A stretch of DNA of 32,000 nt from an uncultured Opitutales bacterium (GTDB lineage Bacteria; Verrucomicrobiota; Verrucomicrobiia; Opitutales; UBA9783): NCBI GenBank assembly GCA_934691225.1, contig CAKUSQ010000001.1, positions 30,001 to 62,000 of the forward strand, given 5' to 3'. Under the pieces are notes generated by a model. That model searched no databases, had not been told where the DNA came from, and saw nothing but the letters and a program-made list of their open reading frames with translations. Positions 17,339-27,023 of the stretch are shown here, piece by piece. Within the stretch, counting starts at the first letter, position 1. Every line of letters starts with the position of its first letter. The translations under genes and the position numbers were made by a program.

Positions 17339-17668
17339 TTAAATCAATCCCAGCTCCATTTTACCCACTTCGGAAATCCTTTCTTGCGTCCAAGGTGGGT
17401 CCCAAACGAGTTGAATATCGATTTCTGTGACACCATCCAATATTTCAAGCGATTCGTGAATACTTTGAAAGATGTAAGGTGCCATAGGACACGTCGGTGA
17501 GGTTAAAGTCATCTCGATAATAACTTTAAACTTTTCTGCGGTTTGTTCTTGTAAACGAATATCGTAAACAAGCCCTAAGTTTACAATATCTAAACGAACT
17601 TCAGGATCTTGAACTAAACGTAAAGCATCCCAAATACGCACTAACAACTGCTCTTTAAATGTCTCCAT
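17339..17668 (-). CDS. sufT: DUF59/SufT-PaaD family Fe-S cluster assembly protein
   Basis: 109 aa. LVQDPEVRLDIVNLGLVYDI and the MTLTSPTCPMAP motif (conserved Cys) are typical of DUF59/MIP18-type proteins. It is the last gene of the suf operon and overlaps sufD by 14 nt. Confidence 0.7.
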   Translation of the reverse strand: METFKEQLLVRIWDALRLVQDPEVRLDIVNLGLVYDIRLQEQTAEKFKVIIEMTLTSPTCPMAPYIFQSIHESLEILDGVTEIDIQLVWDPPWTQERISEVGKMELGLI

Positions 17669-18458
17669 GTGAAGTGAATTCTGTCTCCTTCAAAAACCCA
17701 GCTAAGTACAACCGTTGTGCTTGCTGATCATCCAATCCTCGCATTTGTAAATACACCATAGCTTCGTGTGGAATGGGTTGTGTTGCCGCTCCATGCGAAG
17801 CTTCTATATTTTTATTCCAAACATGCAAACGCGGTAACGTTCGAACACTCCCTTGCGCACTTAATACATGATTCAAATTTCGTTGATGAGCTACCGCCCC
17901 TACAGCCGCATCTCTAATAAAAACATCACAGTAAAAATTAAAACTGGCTGCATCATGCACAACACTTTTTACTAAACAATTTGATTGTGTTTTTGGAGCC
18001 TGATGATCTATCGTTATTTGAAGTTTTCTAACTACCGATTTGCTCAAATCATCCCCTTCACGCCAATCAACCATTGCACCAGCACCCATCAATTGAATAC
18101 AAATTTTAGAATCAGCCTCACACCGCATTGGTTCCTTATGATCATGGTACAACTTTGCATCTTGCTGCAATATATATGTCGCAAATTTTTGTACATTGCC
18201 TCCTACATTGGTGTGCCAAACTGTAGCATTCGGTAAAATTTGATACTGAATCGCTTCAGCATTATCTATAATTTTAACGCAAGTATTAGATCCAACAATA
18301 ATATTTAAATCAGCTTCATTTTCAAATAAAACCCATTGATTGACTGCAATACCATCAAAAAATCGAAAACACAAACGTCCCTTTTCATGCACCCAACAAC
18401 CAAAATCAGGTTTATCATGTACGGTTATTTTTAAACACTCATCCAATAGCATTTTCAA
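17655..18458 (-). CDS. sufD: Fe-S cluster assembly protein SufD (short form, 267 aa)
   Basis: Positioned after sufB. The C-terminal part ([57 protein letters not shown]) matches the SufB/SufD beta-helix plus C-terminal helical pattern. The N-terminal region is much shorter than the roughly 400-aa SufD proteins I know. Confidence 0.7.
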   Translation of the reverse strand: MKMLLDECLKITVHDKPDFGCWVHEKGRLCFRFFDGIAVNQWVLFENEADLNIIVGSNTCVKIIDNAEAIQYQILPNATVWHTNVGGNVQKFATYILQQDAKLYHDHKEPMRCEADSKICIQLMGAGAMVDWREGDDLSKSVVRKLQITIDHQAPKTQSNCLVKSVVHDAASFNFYCDVFIRDAAVGAVAHQRNLNHVLSAQGSVRTLPRLHVWNKNIEASHGAATQPIPHEAMVYLQMRGLDDQQAQRLYLAGFLKETEFTSHGDI

Positions 18459-19809
18459 CCTCCATGTCGATTAAACGTTTTAGTTCAACACTATACTCTA
18501 ATGGAAATGATTGCACTAAATCATTCACAAAACCGTTCACACTCAAACTAACCGCTACAGAACGTTTCAAACCTCTTTGTTGCAAATAAAAAAGTTTCTC
18601 CTCATCCAAGGATGAAATACTTGCTTCATGACAAATTTGATGGGTATTTCCAGAAACTTCAACGCAAGGTAGAGCGCCTGTCGGACTTTTTTCACCTAAC
18701 AACAATGAATGACATTCCGTGTTATTTTTGCAACCATTCAATCCAGGTTTAACCAATACTTTACCACGATAACCTGCCCAACCATCATCAATAGATATGG
18801 ATTTAGAAACGATATTAGATGTCGTTTCATCCGCAAGATGCAAAATACGTGCCCCTGTATCCTGACACTGCCCCGAATGGGCCAACGCTATCGATAACAC
18901 CTCTCCTTTGGCTCGCTTACCTTTCAACAAAATCCCCGGATATTTTACCGTTATTCCAGAACCTATATTACAATCGATCCAACGAATCTCTGCATCTTCC
19001 TCAGCTAAACCACGTTTTGTCACAATATTCATTACATTTGATGACCAATTTTGAACTGTCACATATTGCAACTTCGCCCCTTTTTTAGCTACCATTTCGA
19101 CAACAGCAGAGTGCAAATTTTTAGTATCATAGGCAGGGGCAGTGCACCCTTCCATGTACATCAATTCAGCACCTTCATCAACAATAATCAACGTACGTTC
19201 AAATTGACCTGAACGCTCTGCATTAATTCTAAAATAAGCTTGTAAAGGTTGTTGAACTTTTACTCCTTTAGGAACATATATAAAACTACCACCACTGAAT
19301 ACAGCGCTATTTAAAGCAGAAAATTTATTATCCTGAACAGGAACAACTTTTGCAAAATAAGGTTCAAAAATATCCCTATACTTACTCAATCCTTCTCTTG
19401 AATCTGTAAAAATAACACCTTGATCCTGAAGTTGCTGCCGCATTTTTGAGTACGCAAATTCACTATCAAATTGAGCTTCAACACCAGCTAAAAACTTACG
19501 TTCTTTTTCAGGCACACCTAAACGCTCAAACGTATCCTTGATAGCATCTGGAACATCTTCCCAGTTTTTCTTAGTTTTTTGTCCTTCTGCTAAATAATAC
19601 TGAAGATTCTGAAAATCAATTTTATGCAGAGCATCCGGCACCCAATCAGGCAACGTCATGCGTTCAAAGTTTTTAAGCGCATTTAAGCGAAAATTCAGCA
19701 AATAATCGCTCTCACATTTAGCTGAAGATATGTACCGAATAGTTGATTCATTTAACCCAAATCCTGCATTTAATTGGTAAGTTGTATTTGTACAAAATTC
19801 TTCATTCAT
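18439..19809 (-). CDS. sufB: Fe-S cluster assembly scaffold protein SufB
   Basis: 456 aa with hallmark SufB blocks: [82 protein letters not shown]. Confidence 0.92.
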   Translation of the reverse strand: MNEEFCTNTTYQLNAGFGLNESTIRYISSAKCESDYLLNFRLNALKNFERMTLPDWVPDALHKIDFQNLQYYLAEGQKTKKNWEDVPDAIKDTFERLGVPEKERKFLAGVEAQFDSEFAYSKMRQQLQDQGVIFTDSREGLSKYRDIFEPYFAKVVPVQDNKFSALNSAVFSGGSFIYVPKGVKVQQPLQAYFRINAERSGQFERTLIIVDEGAELMYMEGCTAPAYDTKNLHSAVVEMVAKKGAKLQYVTVQNWSSNVMNIVTKRGLAEEDAEIRWIDCNIGSGITVKYPGILLKGKRAKGEVLSIALAHSGQCQDTGARILHLADETTSNIVSKSISIDDGWAGYRGKVLVKPGLNGCKNNTECHSLLLGEKSPTGALPCVEVSGNTHQICHEASISSLDEEKLFYLQQRGLKRSVAVSLSVNGFVNDLVQSFPLEYSVELKRLIDMEVENAIG

Positions 19810-20546
19810 GCGTTATGAAACCCTTTTGCTTCAATTTCTTCCATAAAATCTATTCCATGCGTCTCAAGGTTACCGTTTTTCAACAGATGGATATAATTAG
19901 GTTCTAATTTACGAATAAAATCCATATCATGCGATATAATAAGAAACCCTGTTCCCTCTTTTTGCAACGATTTTATGGTTTGAATTACCTGCTTGCGAGC
20001 ATCAACATCAAGACCACTATCCAACTCATCTAATAATGCAAATTTTGGTTGAAGCAATAACAATTGCAACAACTCAAAACGCTTTTTTTCTCCACCAGAA
20101 AATCCACAATGAACCGAACGCGACGTAAAATCTTTCGGTAAACCAACTTTCGCTAATAATTCATATAAATGCTGATAAAATACGGTAGCACTCCATTTAT
20201 ATCCAGGGTTATCCGGGTAAGCTTTTAATGCTGTTCTCAAAAAATTAGCGACGCTCAATCCCTCAATCTCACAAGGATTTTGAAAAGCTACAAAAATCCC
20301 CTTTTGAGCCCTAACTTCCGGTAAAACATGACTTATATTTTCTTTATTTAAAAATACATCACCCGTTATTTTTACATAATCAGGATGTCCAGCTACCAAT
20401 TTCAACAGAGAACTTTTACCAACCCCATTTGGGCCTAACAATACGTGTACTTCACCTGATAACAACTTTAAATTCAAATCCTTAAAAACATCCTTAGCAT
20501 CAATTGATAAAGATAAATGACAAAGTTCCAACATTGAATTACACAT
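19806..20546 (-). CDS. sufC: Fe-S cluster assembly ATPase SufC
   Basis: Walker [10 protein letters not shown], signature-region [16 protein letters not shown], Walker [13 protein letters not shown]-loop LIISHD. The ORF is open from 20582, but I place the start at ATG 20546 ([13 protein letters not shown]), which has GAGG 7 nt upstream. ATG 20534 is an alternative. Confidence 0.88.
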   Translation of the reverse strand: MCNSMLELCHLSLSIDAKDVFKDLNLKLLSGEVHVLLGPNGVGKSSLLKLVAGHPDYVKITGDVFLNKENISHVLPEVRAQKGIFVAFQNPCEIEGLSVANFLRTALKAYPDNPGYKWSATVFYQHLYELLAKVGLPKDFTSRSVHCGFSGGEKKRFELLQLLLLQPKFALLDELDSGLDVDARKQVIQTIKSLQKEGTGFLIISHDMDFIRKLEPNYIHLLKNGNLETHGIDFMEEIEAKGFHNA

Positions 20547-20578
20547 GAAACAACCTCTAGATTCAAATAAAAACCAAG

Positions 20579-21400
20579 TCAACTTTTTTCAGTGCACAAA
20601 CAATCTTCAATTGTCGTTAATCGTTGTTTAGGATTTTTTAATGAAGGAATACATTGCAGCAATGCTCGTGTATATGGATGTTGCGGTTCATGCAAAATTT
20701 TTTCTGTAGAACCTCTTTCAACAATTTCACCTTTAAACATAACCAAAACCGTATCTGCAAAATTCTTAACTAAACTCAAATTATGCGTTATTAAAATGAC
20801 CGATAAATTCTCTTGTTTTTGCAAATGTTTGATTAAATCCATAATTTGCTTTTGAAGCGTTACATCCAAGGCCGTCGTAGGTTCATCTGCCACCAAAATC
20901 TTAGGGCAACACCCCAATGCCATAGCAATCATTGCTCGCTGTTGCATACCTCCGCTTAATTCAAAAGGATACGATTTATAACACCTTTCTGGATCTAAAC
21001 CTACTTTATATAACAGACCCAATACTACTTTTTTTACATTTTTATGTTCAGGTTGATGCAATCGAACAGCCTCACCTATTTGAAAACCTATCGTAAGCGA
21101 TGGATTTAAAGAGGTTGAAGGATCCTGAAAAACATAAGCCACCTGTTTCCCTCGAATTTTTCTCAATTGATGCTCATTATAACGTAAAACATTCTCTCCA
21201 TCTATCAATATTTCACCTGTTACCTCACAATAAGATTTTCTGGGCAACAATTGTGCAAGCGATAATGCAGTCACCGATTTTCCACTACCGCTCTCACCAA
21301 CAATGGCTAAGGTTTCTCCCTGTACCAAAGAAAAGTTAATATGATTAACCGCTACGGTCCTATTAAAACGAATGCATAAATCTTTTACCGTTAACAACAT
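20579..21400 (-). CDS. Oligopeptide/dipeptide ABC transporter ATP-binding protein (OppD/DppD type)
   Basis: Walker A GESGSGKS, signature LSGGMQQRAMIAMAL, Walker B LVADEPTTALD, H-loop LITHN, and the Opp/Dpp-specific C-terminal HPYTRALL motif. 273 aa. Confidence 0.85.
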   Translation of the reverse strand: MLLTVKDLCIRFNRTVAVNHINFSLVQGETLAIVGESGSGKSVTALSLAQLLPRKSYCEVTGEILIDGENVLRYNEHQLRKIRGKQVAYVFQDPSTSLNPSLTIGFQIGEAVRLHQPEHKNVKKVVLGLLYKVGLDPERCYKSYPFELSGGMQQRAMIAMALGCCPKILVADEPTTALDVTLQKQIMDLIKHLQKQENLSVILITHNLSLVKNFADTVLVMFKGEIVERGSTEKILHEPQHPYTRALLQCIPSLKNPKQRLTTIEDCLCTEKS

Positions 21401-21560
21401 CTTCTACAACTAACATTGCCTATCTTTACACAAAATGCAATACATTTTGTAATAACATCTTACAATCAATTTATCTTAAGTTTTTATAAACTTTCTCAAA
21501 CATAAATAGCTTGTAACAAAAAACTTGCATTTTTTTACAATTGCTTCCATGTTATTTGTA

Positions 21561-22478
21561 ATGCGTTCGTTTCTAACTAAACGTTTTTTTGATTCAATCA
21601 TTGTATTGTTTTGCTTAAGTACCTTGACTTTCTTCTTAACACGTTTTGTACCTGGAGGCCCTTTTGACCAAGAACATGGTTTAACAAAAGAAACACTTGA
21701 AAATTTATCTAAATTTTATGGATATGATGCTCCATTACATCAACAATACAGCCGATATTTATGGAATTTAGTGCACGGCGATTTAGGACCTTCTATGCGT
21801 TATCCTGGATACTCCGTCAATCAATTGTTAAAAGAACGCATTCCAACAAGTCTAGAACTTGGTTTTTGGGCTATCTCGCTTGCAACTATAACGGGAGGAT
21901 CGATTGGCATCCTTGCAGCCATCTATCGAAATGGGTGGATAGATAAGATATTAATGGCCGGCTGTCTTTTCGGACTCAGTTTGCCAACATTTGTCTTAGG
22001 TCCCATCATATTGCTCATTTTTTCCTTAAAATTAGGATGGTTTCAAGCCACAGGTTGGGTACATTGGAGCGATCGTATTTTACCCACACTGACACTGGCT
22101 TGCATGTATAGCGGCTACATTGCCCGTCTTATGCGTACTTCCTGCTTAGATGTACTATCGCAACCTTTTATCCGAACAGCTCTAGCAAAAGGTTTAGGTA
22201 AAAAACAGATCTTCATTTTTCATGTTTTAAAAAATGCTCTCAATCCTGTACTAACTTATTTAGGTCCTACCACAGCGGCTATCATGAGTGGATCCTTGGT
22301 GATTGAATCGTTATTTCAAATCCCCGGAGCAGGTTCTTTGTTCATTTCTGCCGTTGGGCAACGAGATACATCGCTACTCATAGGAACTGTACTCTATTTT
22401 GCTGTTCTTATTTTGCTATTAAATTTTTGCGTTGATATCGCTTTATCAATTTGTAATCCTAAACAAAAAGCACTCTAA
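21561..22478 (+). CDS. Oligopeptide/dipeptide ABC transporter permease (OppB/DppB type)
   Basis: The N-terminus MRSFLTKRFFDSIIVLFCLSTLTFFLTRFVPGGPF matches the canonical OppB start, so I prefer ATG 21561 over the TTG-initiated ORF at 21525. It also has the EAA-like loop FIRTALAKGLGKKQIFIFHVLKNAL. Confidence 0.85.
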   Translation: MRSFLTKRFFDSIIVLFCLSTLTFFLTRFVPGGPFDQEHGLTKETLENLSKFYGYDAPLHQQYSRYLWNLVHGDLGPSMRYPGYSVNQLLKERIPTSLELGFWAISLATITGGSIGILAAIYRNGWIDKILMAGCLFGLSLPTFVLGPIILLIFSLKLGWFQATGWVHWSDRILPTLTLACMYSGYIARLMRTSCLDVLSQPFIRTALAKGLGKKQIFIFHVLKNALNPVLTYLGPTTAAIMSGSLVIESLFQIPGAGSLFISAVGQRDTSLLIGTVLYFAVLILLLNFCVDIALSICNPKQKAL

Positions 22479-23299
22479 TGAAACAAAAACTGTTAAAACG
22501 CCCATTTTTATGTTTTCACTTAGGCGTGCTTATTTTCATTGCTGGATTGTGCATAATTGGTCCTTGGATACATCCTTACGATTATCATACACAAGATCTT
22601 GCACTAAGTGCACAACCCCCTTCTTTAAAACACCCCTGTGGAACAGATATTCTTGGTCGAGATTTATTAGCACGCCTTTTATATGGAGGACGTTTATCCC
22701 TTTTCATTGGAGGATGTTCAAGTGCTATTGCAATTACCTTAGGACTAATTGTAGGCAGCATTTCCGGCATGATTGGTGGCAACATAGACCGTTTTTTAAT
22801 GCGTACAATCGATATTATCTATCCACTCCCGTTTACTTTAATTATTATTCTTATTATGTCCCTAAGTGGACGACACTTATGGTTATTAATCTTAGCTATG
22901 GGAGGTTTTAATTGGTTAACCATGGCACGCATCATTCGAGGCCAGGTGTTATCACTCAAAACCCACACATTCATACAATGCTCGCAATGCATGGGACAAT
23001 CTAGTTTTGGGATATGGCGAAAACATATTTTACCTAATCTCAGTGGAATATTGCTTGTTTACGGCACCTTGCTTATCCCTAACATTATCCTTGAAGAAGC
23101 TTTCATAAGTTTTCTAGGTTTAGGTGTGCAGCCGCCTATGAGCTCTTGGGGCACACTCATACTTGACGGAGCGCATGAAATGGAAATTTCACCCTGGTTA
23201 CTTTTTTATCCCTGCTGCTTTTTTTCACTAACGTTATTATCCCTTAATTTTCTTGGTGACCATCTTCGAGAAATATTAAATCCTGTAACGAAACATTAA
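22478..23299 (+). CDS. Oligopeptide/dipeptide ABC transporter permease (OppC/DppC type)
   Basis: 273 aa. GTDILGRDLLARLLYGGRLSL is the typical OppC periplasmic loop. Also ARIIRGQVLSLK and LNFLGDHLREILNP. The ATG overlaps the oppB-type stop by 1 nt. Confidence 0.85.
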   Translation: MKQKLLKRPFLCFHLGVLIFIAGLCIIGPWIHPYDYHTQDLALSAQPPSLKHPCGTDILGRDLLARLLYGGRLSLFIGGCSSAIAITLGLIVGSISGMIGGNIDRFLMRTIDIIYPLPFTLIIILIMSLSGRHLWLLILAMGGFNWLTMARIIRGQVLSLKTHTFIQCSQCMGQSSFGIWRKHILPNLSGILLVYGTLLIPNIILEEAFISFLGLGVQPPMSSWGTLILDGAHEMEISPWLLFYPCCFFSLTLLSLNFLGDHLREILNPVTKH

Positions 23300-23341
23300 A
23301 ATTTTATTTACTCTTATTTATTTTTTTATTAATATATTTTT

Positions 23342-24013
23342 GTGAATGTAAGAAATAACTCAAGAGGCTTTACGCTAGTGGAAGTTTTAACCGCTAGTAT
23401 TCTTTCTTGTATCACACTCGCTTGCATTGTACAATTCTTCTTAACACAATTAAACCAATATCGCTTGATCAGTGGTAATAATCAATTGAGCGAAAATTTG
23501 CGTATTTTCTCAAAGTTTTTTGAAAAAGATACACACAATGCTTTAGCATTTTACGTCTTTGAAAATTTAGATGCTGCTCTAAATTTTAAAAAAACAGACA
23601 AAATAACCACACATTATTCCGGAAACTGTGTACTATTTGTTGAAGAACGCGGCATTGTTTCTGGAGGGCAAGGTACCCTTTATTATGTGGGAGAAAAAAC
23701 TACTCGAAATGGACAAAGCTGTTATCCACTTTACCGCGCTGTTATTTCTTTCAATGATTCTAAAATTAATGAAAGAAAAAATGATCTGAAAAATTTATCT
23801 CTAGCTTATTTAAAAGAAACACCTGAATGTTTCACAAATGGCATTTTTTATATTTTATCCATACGAAAATTCACGAACACGCCTATCGCAGGCTGTCGCC
23901 ATGGACTTTATACTAAATTCAAAATGATTGAACCTGGCCTAAAAGGTCAAGCTGCAGAAACTTTATGTAATTTTGCTTTTTATGCAAGAAATCCAAGATT
24001 TATTATAAATTAA
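23342..24013 (+). CDS. Prepilin-type N-terminal cleavage/methylation domain protein (pseudopilin/pilin-like, 223 aa)
   Basis: GTG start. The N-terminus NNSRG/FTLVEVLTASILSCITLACIV carries the G-F-T-L-x-E class III signal with Glu at +5, followed by a hydrophobic helix. Confidence 0.75.
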   Translation: MNVRNNSRGFTLVEVLTASILSCITLACIVQFFLTQLNQYRLISGNNQLSENLRIFSKFFEKDTHNALAFYVFENLDAALNFKKTDKITTHYSGNCVLFVEERGIVSGGQGTLYYVGEKTTRNGQSCYPLYRAVISFNDSKINERKNDLKNLSLAYLKETPECFTNGIFYILSIRKFTNTPIAGCRHGLYTKFKMIEPGLKGQAAETLCNFAFYARNPRFIIN

Positions 24014-24014
24014 C

Positions 24015-25226
24015 TTGCCGATTGCACAGCCATATAACTACGTTAAAAGTATGTTATTTTTCTGCAAAACAATGAACGCGCAAAATCATTGGCATTGGCA
24101 CATATTAAAAGCAAATTCACCATTTCATTGCTTGCGTTTACTTTACAAACGTCATTTGCACATTTGTAAACTAATGTCTCTAAAAGATTTACTAACACAT
24201 ATATTTTCTTCATCGCGTAAAAAAGCCGTTTCCGAACAAAAATGGCTTTACTTCTTTGAGCAAATTCATGCTCAATTGCTGATTGGTAAAACGTTACTGA
24301 ATGCCTTAAAAAGTTTACCAATAAAACATCTCGAAGAAGCACAACAGCGCTTTGTTAACCAAGCTATAGAACGCTTATCTAACGGTTACTATTTATATCC
24401 GTTGTTAAACGATCCGCAACTAAACTTAACTCAACAACAAATACGACTTTTACAATGTGCTGAAGTTGGCGGTTATTTCTCACAAGGACTAGAACGTTTA
24501 AAAAACATGATAGAACTGCAAAATAAAATTCGAAAGCAAATGAAACAAAGCCTCATTTATCCCATCTGTGTTCTATCGCTTGCATTTATCTTTTATTGCA
24601 TTATGAGTTTATTCTTAATCCCAAAATTTGAATCATTTTTTGTACAGCAAAACTTTGAGATGAATCGTTTTATGCAGATTTTATTATCCCTCAACCATCA
24701 AGCTCCTTTTTTTATTTTATCTACTATTTTATTTATAATCTTTTTTACGTTATTTTTAAAAATAAAAAAATTATCTCTCATAACTTACATTGAACGTTTT
24801 TTCGAACGCGGTTGCATACAATTTAAATACAGCTTATTTGCTATGGATTTAGCTGAATTGCTGGATAACAAAATCTCCATGCTAGAAAGTTTAAAACTAG
24901 CCTCACATGTTTTACCTAAAAAATTCTCTTTTCATAAAATTTCTCTTGCACTTAATAACGGAGCAACGCTTTCCGAAGCTATGCCTGATTTACCTGAAGA
25001 TTTCCGAAATACCTTGCGCTCAGGTGAAGTTAGCAGTCAACTCACACAAACACTGCGAGAGCTATCAAAAAGCTACTACAAAATTTATGAAAACAAACTG
25101 CTTCAATGGGCCAAATGGGTAGAACCTGGCAGCTTAATCGCTATTGCTTTTTTCATATTTATCAGCATCATATGCCTGTTTTACCCACTGTTACAGATAT
25201 TTCAATCTCTAGATTTGAATGTCTAA
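24015..25226 (+). CDS. gspF: Type II secretion / type IV pilus platform protein, GspF/PilC family
   Basis: 403 aa from a TTG start 1 nt after the pseudopilin stop. Two T2SS-F-type repeats (FFEQIHAQLLIGKTLLNALKSL and DLAELLDNKISMLESLKLA), three TM segments, and an N-terminal segment (HILKANSPFHCLRLLYKRHLHI) that aligns with the GspF N-domain pattern I-x-A-x-S-x-x-H-x-x-x-L-L as I recall it from E. coli GspF. Confidence 0.75.
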   Translation: MPIAQPYNYVKSMLFFCKTMNAQNHWHWHILKANSPFHCLRLLYKRHLHICKLMSLKDLLTHIFSSSRKKAVSEQKWLYFFEQIHAQLLIGKTLLNALKSLPIKHLEEAQQRFVNQAIERLSNGYYLYPLLNDPQLNLTQQQIRLLQCAEVGGYFSQGLERLKNMIELQNKIRKQMKQSLIYPICVLSLAFIFYCIMSLFLIPKFESFFVQQNFEMNRFMQILLSLNHQAPFFILSTILFIIFFTLFLKIKKLSLITYIERFFERGCIQFKYSLFAMDLAELLDNKISMLESLKLASHVLPKKFSFHKISLALNNGATLSEAMPDLPEDFRNTLRSGEVSSQLTQTLRELSKSYYKIYENKLLQWAKWVEPGSLIAIAFFIFISIICLFYPLLQIFQSLDLNV

Positions 25227-25317
25227 CACATAAAACTTCAGGCAAAAATTTGTGCGTAATTTTGAATAAAAAATATTGCGTTATGTTTATTTTTCTGAAA
25301 AACTCTTTACTTGAGTC

Positions 25318-26274
25318 ATGGCGGTTCACATCACAGTTAAAGAATTATACAAATACTATGGTAATAAAGCTGCCATTAAAAATCTCAATTTTAATATAGA
25401 GCGTGGTGAAATTGTTGGCTTTTTAGGCCCCAATGGTGCAGGTAAAAGTACTACTTTGCGTATTTTATGCGGACTATTATCGGCGACTTCAGGAAGCGTT
25501 TACATCCGAAATCAACCGTTAACGCGCTATGGACAACGATTAAAGCGGCATTTAGGGTACATGCCTGAAAATAATCCTTTACCTGACGACATGCGTGTCG
25601 AAGAATTTTTGCGTTTTCGTGCCCAATTAAAACGTGTAGATAACGTAACGCAAGCGGTAGGCAGTGTCATGGAATGTTGCGATCTAAAGCGAACAGCTGC
25701 CAACAAAATCATTCGAACTTTATCCAAGGGATTTCGCCAGCGCGTAGGTATTGCAGATGCTTTATTAGGTCAACCTCAATTGATCATTTTAGATGAACCT
25801 ACAATCGGCCTAGATCCCCATCAAATCATAGGGATACGCAATATTCTAAAACAAATTCAAGGAGAAACTACGGTCATTTTCTCAAGCCACATTCTTCCTG
25901 AAATTGAAGCCGCTTGTACGCAATTACTTATTATGCATCAAGGTGAACTAGTTGCTGATGGCACATACGAAATTTTACGTCAAAACTATTTTAGGCAAGC
26001 ACGATATAAATTAGTTTTAGACGGTTTTCATGATGATTTTTTAAACTTTTTATCTAACCCGGAATTTGATTTAATTTGTTTACGACAAACAGGCAACGAA
26101 TTTATTTTACAGTCTAAACGCGTGCCTAACGCTGATTTTGAAGTTAATTTTTTGAGAATTTTATTTGAACGTAATTATCGCGTACAACGGTTTTCTAAAA
26201 TAGAACCCAACCTCGAAGCACTTTTCTTAAAATTAACGAAATTTGCCTGGAAAGATGAACAAAACAAGGCCTAA
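25318..26274 (+). CDS. ABC-2 type exporter ATP-binding protein (GldA-like)
   Basis: Walker A GPNGAGKST, signature LSKGFRQRVGIADAL, Walker B LILDEPTIGLD, H-loop FSSHIL. 318 aa with a C-terminal accessory domain. Confidence 0.85.
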   Translation: MAVHITVKELYKYYGNKAAIKNLNFNIERGEIVGFLGPNGAGKSTTLRILCGLLSATSGSVYIRNQPLTRYGQRLKRHLGYMPENNPLPDDMRVEEFLRFRAQLKRVDNVTQAVGSVMECCDLKRTAANKIIRTLSKGFRQRVGIADALLGQPQLIILDEPTIGLDPHQIIGIRNILKQIQGETTVIFSSHILPEIEAACTQLLIMHQGELVADGTYEILRQNYFRQARYKLVLDGFHDDFLNFLSNPEFDLICLRQTGNEFILQSKRVPNADFEVNFLRILFERNYRVQRFSKIEPNLEALFLKLTKFAWKDEQNKA

Positions 26275-26276
26275 TT

Positions 26277-27023
26277 ATGAAAAGTTTTTACATATTATTT
26301 CAACAAGAACTTCATAAACTGGTACGTCAGGCTTCAACCTACTTTATTGCGGCTGTTTTTCTTGCTTTAATGGGGTTCAATTTCATCTATATTTTATTTT
26401 TAAACACACAGTCTAATGAAGTAAGTAATTACTTACAAAATTTTTTTGAAATTTTTTGGCTGCCCACTCTGTTCATTATCCCACTTATTTCAATGAGAAC
26501 ACTATCGGAGGAACAACGATCCGGTATTTTAGAAACGTTACTCGCAACCCCTATCAGTACAGGAACTTTAGTTCTAAGTAAATTTCTCTCAACTTACATT
26601 TTTTATATATTTTTATGGACATGTTGCTTATTTTTCCCGTACTTCACACATTGTTATCTTAACAGCACTTTCAGCCTAAAACTTATAAATACAACCACAT
26701 TGTATGGCGGTCTTATATTTATCTTATCTAGCAGTTTTTTATTTATTGCTATGGGCATTTTTGCCAGCAGCTTAACGAAGACACAAGCGCTTGCCGGATT
26801 CCTTGGATTCAGTTTTTTATTTGTTTTACTCATTGGCATCAAGTCTATCCTTGAAATATACCCCATTTCTCCTGAATATAGCGTATACATTGATTTTTTT
26901 GAAACACTCAATAACCTTTGTGAGGGTTTATTAGATACTCGCCCGGTAGTTTTTCACTTAATAGGTGGATGCCTACTTCTTATGCTTACAACTAACATGA
27001 TTGAAAACAAAATGCTGCAATGA
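26277..27023 (+). CDS. ABC-2 type transporter permease (GldF-like)
   Basis: 248 aa, six predicted TM helices. The conserved loop MRTLSEEQRSGILETLLATPIS is typical of ABC-2/GldF family permeases. It starts 2 nt after the ATPase stop. Confidence 0.8.
   Translation: MKSFYILFQQELHKLVRQASTYFIAAVFLALMGFNFIYILFLNTQSNEVSNYLQNFFEIFWLPTLFIIPLISMRTLSEEQRSGILETLLATPISTGTLVLSKFLSTYIFYIFLWTCCLFFPYFTHCYLNSTFSLKLINTTTLYGGLIFILSSSFLFIAMGIFASSLTKTQALAGFLGFSFLFVLLIGIKSILEIYPISPEYSVYIDFFETLNNLCEGLLDTRPVVFHLIGGCLLLMLTTNMIENKMLQ

Noticed and set aside
19806-20582. Full-length 258-aa SufC ORF starting at 20582 and overlapping oppD
   Set aside because: The first 12 codons (MTWFLFESRGCF) are not SufC-like. A GAGG lies 7 nt upstream of ATG 20546, so the shorter start is preferred.
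22432-22911. 159-aa ORF in an alternative + frame
   Set aside because: It overlaps the oppB-type end and most of the 5' half of the oppC-type gene in another frame. The sequence is Trp/Arg/Tyr/Phe-rich nonsense-like, whereas the OppC frame carries family motifs.
24174-25226. Internal ATG (MSLKDLL) as the true GspF start, giving a 350-aa protein
   Set aside because: The 53 upstream codons align with the N-terminal domain pattern of GspF (Y-x-Y ... I-x-A-x-S..H...LL). The full 403-aa length is also typical for the family, so I kept the TTG start at 24015.
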